Of a stretch of 42,707 bases of DNA, positions 38,109-42,707 are shown in pieces; the first letter of the stretch is position 1, and each line of letters begins with the position of its first letter. Under the pieces are notes generated by a model. The model worked only from the letters and a program-made list of their open reading frames with translations. It did no database searches and had not been told where the DNA came from. The position numbers and the translations under genes are program-made. Source of the DNA: Candidatus Krumholzibacteriia bacterium (GTDB lineage: Bacteria; Krumholzibacteriota; Krumholzibacteriia; WVZY01); assembly GCA_036478295.1 (NCBI GenBank), contig JAZGDW010000239.1, forward strand, positions 1-42,707, in the 5' to 3' direction.

Positions 38109-39407
38109 ATGAATCGCTTCGCGGAACGAATCGCTCAACTCGGCACGGAAAACGCGTTCAAAATCGGCGTCGACATTCGGCGCTGCGAGGAAAAGGGCAT
38201 GACCGTGGTCAAGCTCAACCTCGGCGAACCGGATTTCAATAGCGCGGATAACATCAACCAGGTTGCGATCGAGAACATCCGCATCGGCAATTCCCACTAC
38301 ACCGACCCGCAGGGGATAATGCCGCTGCGGCAGGCCATCGCCCGGCAGGTTTCAAAGACGCGAGGCATCGACGTCGGCCCCGAGCGGGTCGTCGTGACGC
38401 CGGGCGCGAAACCGCCGATTTGCTACACGATGATGACACACGTGAACCCGGGAGACGAGGTTATCTACCCCAGCCCGGGTTTTCCAATTTATGAGTCGTG
38501 GGTCACCTTCGTCGGCGGCGTGCCGGTACCCCTGCATCTTGAAGAGGAAAAGGATTTTCGATTCGACGCCACAGACCTGGAAAAACTCATCACGTCGAAG
38601 ACCAAGGTTCTCATTATCAATTCGCCCTCGAATCCCACGGGTGGCGTGCTGACGAAGGAAGACCTGCAGGATATCGCGGGCGTGATTCGGAAAAAGGCGC
38701 CGCCGGATATCCGCATCTACTCGGACGAGGTATACGAGGACATCATTTTCGACGGCAAGCGGCACGAGAGCATCGCATCGCTTCCCGGCATGGCGGAGAA
38801 AACGATCCTTGTCAGCGGACACTCGAAGTCGTACGCGATGACAGGATGGCGGCTCGGGTACGCCGTGTTGCCGACGGAGCAAGAGGCGGCGGTCTTCAAA
38901 CAACTCAACATCAACATCATCTCGTGCACGCCGCCCTTCATCCAGGAGGCGGGCAGGGAGGCCCTGGAGAACAGCGTCAACAGGCGCATCATCGCCGAGA
39001 TGGTGATGGAGTTCGAGAAGCGGCGCGATGTGGTCGTGGCAGGCCTGAACAAAATTCCGGGCATCCGCTGCGCCAGACCAGAGGGCGCGTTCTATGTATT
39101 TCCAAATATCGGCGGCGTATGCAGCAAGCTGGGCGTTCTCGAAGCCTACGAGAAGCTGGATCCCGCAACGAGATCGAAAACGACACCGTCCACACTTTTT
39201 CAGATGTTTGCCTTGTACCACCACGGCGTCGCAACCATGGACCGGCGTTCTTTCGGCATCGTCGGCAGCGAGGGCAAACATTACTTGAGGCTATCTACGG
39301 CCGCCGACCTGGCTTCGCTCAGCGAAGGGCTGCGGCGCATAGGCAACGCGTCGCAAGACAAGGCCGGGTTCGACCAGTTCATCGATGAGGGCGCGTATCT
39401 CTACTGA
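38109..39407 (+). CDS. PLP-dependent aminotransferase class I/II (aspartate aminotransferase-like)
   Basis: GGAGG RBS; LGEPDF, TPGAK, PGFPIY, NSPSNPTG, SDEVY, SGHSKSYAMTGWRLG (PLP Lys), PEGAFY, YLRLS. Confidence 0.93.
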   Translation: MNRFAERIAQLGTENAFKIGVDIRRCEEKGMTVVKLNLGEPDFNSADNINQVAIENIRIGNSHYTDPQGIMPLRQAIARQVSKTRGIDVGPERVVVTPGAKPPICYTMMTHVNPGDEVIYPSPGFPIYESWVTFVGGVPVPLHLEEEKDFRFDATDLEKLITSKTKVLIINSPSNPTGGVLTKEDLQDIAGVIRKKAPPDIRIYSDEVYEDIIFDGKRHESIASLPGMAEKTILVSGHSKSYAMTGWRLGYAVLPTEQEAAVFKQLNINIISCTPPFIQEAGREALENSVNRRIIAEMVMEFEKRRDVVVAGLNKIPGIRCARPEGAFYVFPNIGGVCSKLGVLEAYEKLDPATRSKTTPSTLFQMFALYHHGVATMDRRSFGIVGSEGKHYLRLSTAADLASLSEGLRRIGNASQDKAGFDQFIDEGAYLY

Positions 39408-39423
39408 CGCGAAGGAGCAAGTC

Positions 39424-41781
39424 ATGGCATTCACATTGGGTCCAAGGCGCGGGGTCTACATCGACGTGCGCGACGAGGTGAACGCCTCCGGCAACCCACT
39501 CAGTGCCGGGGAAGTCGAGACGTTCGAGACGTTCGACCTCGTGTACCGTTCGCTGTGCGCGGCGCTTTTCAACTACGTACCCACCTCCGGTCATCCGGGT
39601 GGTTCCGTCTCGTCGGGACGTTTTGTTGCAGGTATTCTCTTCGACTCCATGGACTACGACGTCTCCAATCCGGACCGGGAGGACGCGGACATTATTTCGT
39701 ACGCCGCCGGCCATAAGGCGCTGGGCCTCTACTGCATGTGGGCGCTTCGCAATGAGATGATGGTCATCGGCGCGCCGGAACTCCTGCCCGCGGACGAACG
39801 GTGTCAGCTGCGCATCGAGGACCTGCTCGGGTTTCGCCGCAACCCGACGGCAACGACACCGCTCTTCAAAGAGTTCAGGGCCAAGGCCCTGGACGGACAC
39901 CCGACCCCCGGCACACCGTTCGTGCGATTGTCCACCGGCGCTTCTGGCGTCGGTATGGGCACGTCCCTGGGACTCGCCCTGGGGGCTGCGGATTACTACG
40001 GAGACGACGCGCCGCGCGTCCACATCGTCGAAGGAGAAGGCGGAATGACCCCCGGGCGTGTCGGCGAAGCCATGGCCGCCGCGGGAACGGCGTCGTTGAA
40101 AAACGCTATTCTGCATGTCGACTGGAACCAGGCGTCCATCGACAGCAATCACGTCTGCCGCGACGGCGACAAGCCCGGTGATTACGTACAGTGGACACCG
40201 GCGGAGTTCGCTTATCTTCATGACTGGAACGTTATTTATGTGCCCGACGGCACCGACTTCCAGCAGATAATCACGGCACAGCGCAAGGCGCTCTCCCTGG
40301 ACAACCACCAGCCGACGGCGATCGTCTACCGTACGACGAAGGGCTGGCAATACGGTATCAAGGGCAAGGCATCCCACGGGGCGGGACACAAGCTGTGCAG
40401 CGACGGCTTTTACGAAGCGTTGCAGCCGCTGCTCGAGAAGACCGGTGGTACACTGCCACGATGCGACTGTGAGCCCGCCGGCCAGCGCTGCGTGGGCGGA
40501 ACGGTGACGGAAGTCGTGGAGGAGTGTTTCTGGGATGCACTCATGACGCTTCGTACATCGCTCGACTCCCAGCGAAGCGTGGCCGAGGCGATGGCGAAAC
40601 GCCTGGTCGAAGCCCGCCGGCGACTCGACGTCCGCGGGCGCAAGCCGCGCAGCAAGGCGCCGAATGCGGCAGCGATCTACGAAGCCGCCGCCCGCAACGG
40701 TGTGCCCGAGGAATTACGGCTAAAACCCGGTGCTTCCACCACGCTACGCGGGGAGCTCGGCAAGGTGCTTCAGTACTACAATAAGGAGAGCGGCGGTGCG
40801 GTGTTCGGCGCGGCGGCCGATCTGTTGGGTTCGACGAGCGTGAACGCGATCGGCAAAGGTTTCGACGACGGCTATTACAACGCCCATGCCAACCCCGGCG
40901 CGCGCCTGCTTTCGATCGGCGGCATCTGCGAGGACGCGATGGCGGGGGTGCTGTCGGGCCTTTCCAGTTACGGGCATCATATCGGGGTGGGTTCTTCCTA
41001 CGGGGCGTTCAACGCGCCGCTCGGGCACATCGCCGCGCGCCTGCACGCCATCGGCAACCAGGCACGGGAGGCGGTTACCGGCGAGGCCTACCGTCCCTTT
41101 GTCCTCGTGTGCGCACACACCGGTGTCAAGACCGGTGAGGATGGCCCTACGCACGCCGACCCGCAGGCGCTGCAGCTCCTGCAAGAGAACTTCCCGCTCG
41201 GCACCATGATAACGCTCACTCCCTGGGACCCGCAGGAGGTGTGGCCGCTCATGTCGGCGGCGCTCGCCCGGCGCCCGGCGGTCATCGCCCCATTTGTCAC
41301 CCGGCCCGCGGAAACGGTGCTGGACCGCGAGGGGCTCGGCCTGGCTCCAGCAGACGACGTGCGCTCCGGCGTTTACCAGCTGCGCCGCGCGAAGGGCGAG
41401 GGAGACGGAACGCTAATACTCCAGGGCAGCGACGTCGCGTACGCCTTCGTGGACGGGGCGATGAAGCTGCTCGAGATAGAGGGTATCGACCTCAACGTGT
41501 ATTACATCGCCAGCACGGAGCTGTTCGACCTGCTGCCGGAGGACGAGCAGGAACGAATCCTGCCGCGTGAACGTTCCGAAGAGGCGATGGGGATTACGGG
41601 CTTCACCCTGCCGACCATGTATCGCTGGATCCGTTCCGAGCGCGGTCGCAAGATGACACTGCATCCTTTTCGCAAGGGGCGCTTTCTGGGAAGCGGCCAG
41701 GCCCACATGGTACTGTCCGAAGCGGGACTCGATGGAAAGAGTCAGTTCGAAGCCATCGTTCACTACGTGAGGGAACACTAA
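39424..41781 (+). CDS. Divergent transketolase-like ThDP-dependent enzyme
   Basis: AAGGAG RBS before ATG 39424; SGHPGG, AAGH, DGHP, variant ThDP motif GEGG...DWN.ASID, SHGA, ADL.GS, GICE, HTG...GEDGPTH, VTRP; 785 aa. Confidence 0.85.
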   Translation: MAFTLGPRRGVYIDVRDEVNASGNPLSAGEVETFETFDLVYRSLCAALFNYVPTSGHPGGSVSSGRFVAGILFDSMDYDVSNPDREDADIISYAAGHKALGLYCMWALRNEMMVIGAPELLPADERCQLRIEDLLGFRRNPTATTPLFKEFRAKALDGHPTPGTPFVRLSTGASGVGMGTSLGLALGAADYYGDDAPRVHIVEGEGGMTPGRVGEAMAAAGTASLKNAILHVDWNQASIDSNHVCRDGDKPGDYVQWTPAEFAYLHDWNVIYVPDGTDFQQIITAQRKALSLDNHQPTAIVYRTTKGWQYGIKGKASHGAGHKLCSDGFYEALQPLLEKTGGTLPRCDCEPAGQRCVGGTVTEVVEECFWDALMTLRTSLDSQRSVAEAMAKRLVEARRRLDVRGRKPRSKAPNAAAIYEAAARNGVPEELRLKPGASTTLRGELGKVLQYYNKESGGAVFGAAADLLGSTSVNAIGKGFDDGYYNAHANPGARLLSIGGICEDAMAGVLSGLSSYGHHIGVGSSYGAFNAPLGHIAARLHAIGNQAREAVTGEAYRPFVLVCAHTGVKTGEDGPTHADPQALQLLQENFPLGTMITLTPWDPQEVWPLMSAALARRPAVIAPFVTRPAETVLDREGLGLAPADDVRSGVYQLRRAKGEGDGTLILQGSDVAYAFVDGAMKLLEIEGIDLNVYYIASTELFDLLPEDEQERILPRERSEEAMGITGFTLPTMYRWIRSERGRKMTLHPFRKGRFLGSGQAHMVLSEAGLDGKSQFEAIVHYVREH

Positions 41782-42707
41782 TGAATCAAACACGCAACAA
41801 AAACCCGATTATCCGGGCGCTCGGCTCGGCCAAACTCACCCTGGTGATTCTTGCCGCCTTTGCCGTTTCCATCGCCGTCGCCACGTTCCTGGAGGTGCGC
41901 TACGGAGCGGCGGGTGCACGGGCGCTGGTATACAACGCGCGCTGGTTCGAAGCACTGCTGGCGCTGCTGGTGCTGAACGTGATCGTCGCGCTCGTCGCCA
42001 ATCTCCCATACCGCAAGCATCAGACCGGCTACGTCATTACGCACATCGCGTTCATCATCGTTCTCCTCGGGGCCGGGATCACGCGCTTTTTTGCCTACGA
42101 GGGCAGCATGGCGATCCGCGAAGGGGCGTCGACCGATTACATCTACTCGACCGCGGACTACGTGAGCTTGCAGGCGGGCACGGAATCGGCGAGCTTTCCC
42201 GTGCGTCTCTACAAACCGGACAGGAACGTTCTGCAGCGCGATGTCACAGTTGGCAGGGAGCGCTTTCGAGTGTCGATCGACGAGTACTGGCCGCACATGG
42301 ACGAGCGCCTGGCGGAGGGTCCGGGCGGCCGGCCCGTCGTCGTGTTTGCGGCACAAGCGCACTCCGGAGGCCACAGCGGACACCGAGTCCTGGACCTCGG
42401 TGACGCGTTCCGGGCGAGTGGTGTGACGGTGCATTTTGTCGGGGAGGAAGTGGAAACCGTGGAGGCGGGAACGGCGCGGGGCGAGATGGTCGTCGTCATC
42501 GACGAGGAGACACACCGCATGGCGGTACCCGCTGGCGTGCCGGCCGGGATGAAGGCGGCAGGCTACCGTTTCCGCATTACCGAGTTTGCACCCGATTTTC
42601 GCGTCGGGCGGACGCCGGACCCCGCCGATGCCATGAACAACCCCGCGATCCGGGTGATGATCGAAGGACCGAACGGTACGAGCGCCGAGCGTCTTCTCTT
42701 CGCATTC
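41781..42707 (+). CDS. resB: Cytochrome c biogenesis protein ResB/CcsB-like (system II), 5' part; runs off the window
   Basis: Not in the ORF track (no stop in window). ATG overlaps the transketolase stop (TAATG). Translates MNQTRNKNPIIRALGSAKLTLVIL...ATFLE...VYNARWFEALL..L.LN...GYVITHIAFIIVLLGAGITR...EGSMAIREG. Confidence 0.85.
   Translation, partial: MNQTRNKNPIIRALGSAKLTLVILAAFAVSIAVATFLEVRYGAAGARALVYNARWFEALLALLVLNVIVALVANLPYRKHQTGYVITHIAFIIVLLGAGITRFFAYEGSMAIREGASTDYIYSTADYVSLQAGTESASFPVRLYKPDRNVLQRDVTVGRERFRVSIDEYWPHMDERLAEGPGGRPVVVFAAQAHSGGHSGHRVLDLGDAFRASGVTVHFVGEEVETVEAGTARGEMVVVIDEETHRMAVPAGVPAGMKAAGYRFRITEFAPDFRVGRTPDPADAMNNPAIRVMIEGPNGTSAERLLFAF

Noticed and set aside
41778..42515. 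245-aa minus-strand ORF at the window end
   Set aside because: Shadow of the plus-strand ResB-like ORF, which has recognisable motifs and a coupled start.

Overview
GC-rich chromosomal window from a diderm bacterium. Evidence: three outer-membrane beta-barrel genes, several lipoproteins, a PNPFNP/FlgD-Ig-type C-terminal domain and a C-terminal SWGxxK motif. These tentatively suggest an FCB-related lineage such as Ca. Krumholzibacteriota/Latescibacterota (inference only). About 33 CDSs are supported. They include a glycan-tailoring cluster (DUF354 glycosyltransferase, polysaccharide deacetylase, carbamoyltransferase, methyltransferase), an NSS transporter, a B12 radical SAM enzyme, a nitronate monooxygenase-family protein, a GT-C-like/LPG-synthase pair, a GAF-PP2C phosphatase, exported hydrolases, a complete lexA-imuA-imuB-dnaE2 cassette and a Ser/Thr kinase-TPR protein. 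Main highlights: (1) a tandem glycine riboswitch with an ON-type terminator lies upstream of a PLP aminotransferase and a divergent transketolase-like enzyme (GEG instead of GDG) coupled to resB, a candidate undescribed glycine/serine utilisation route; (2) a perfect palindrome CATACCAGACA-TT-TGTCTGGTATG in an apparently leaderless lexA promoter is a candidate new SOS box; (3) a frameshifted remnant paralogous to a secreted protein 24 kb away. No rRNA, tRNA, CRISPR array or transposase was recognised. Family calls come from motif recognition by eye, not database searches.
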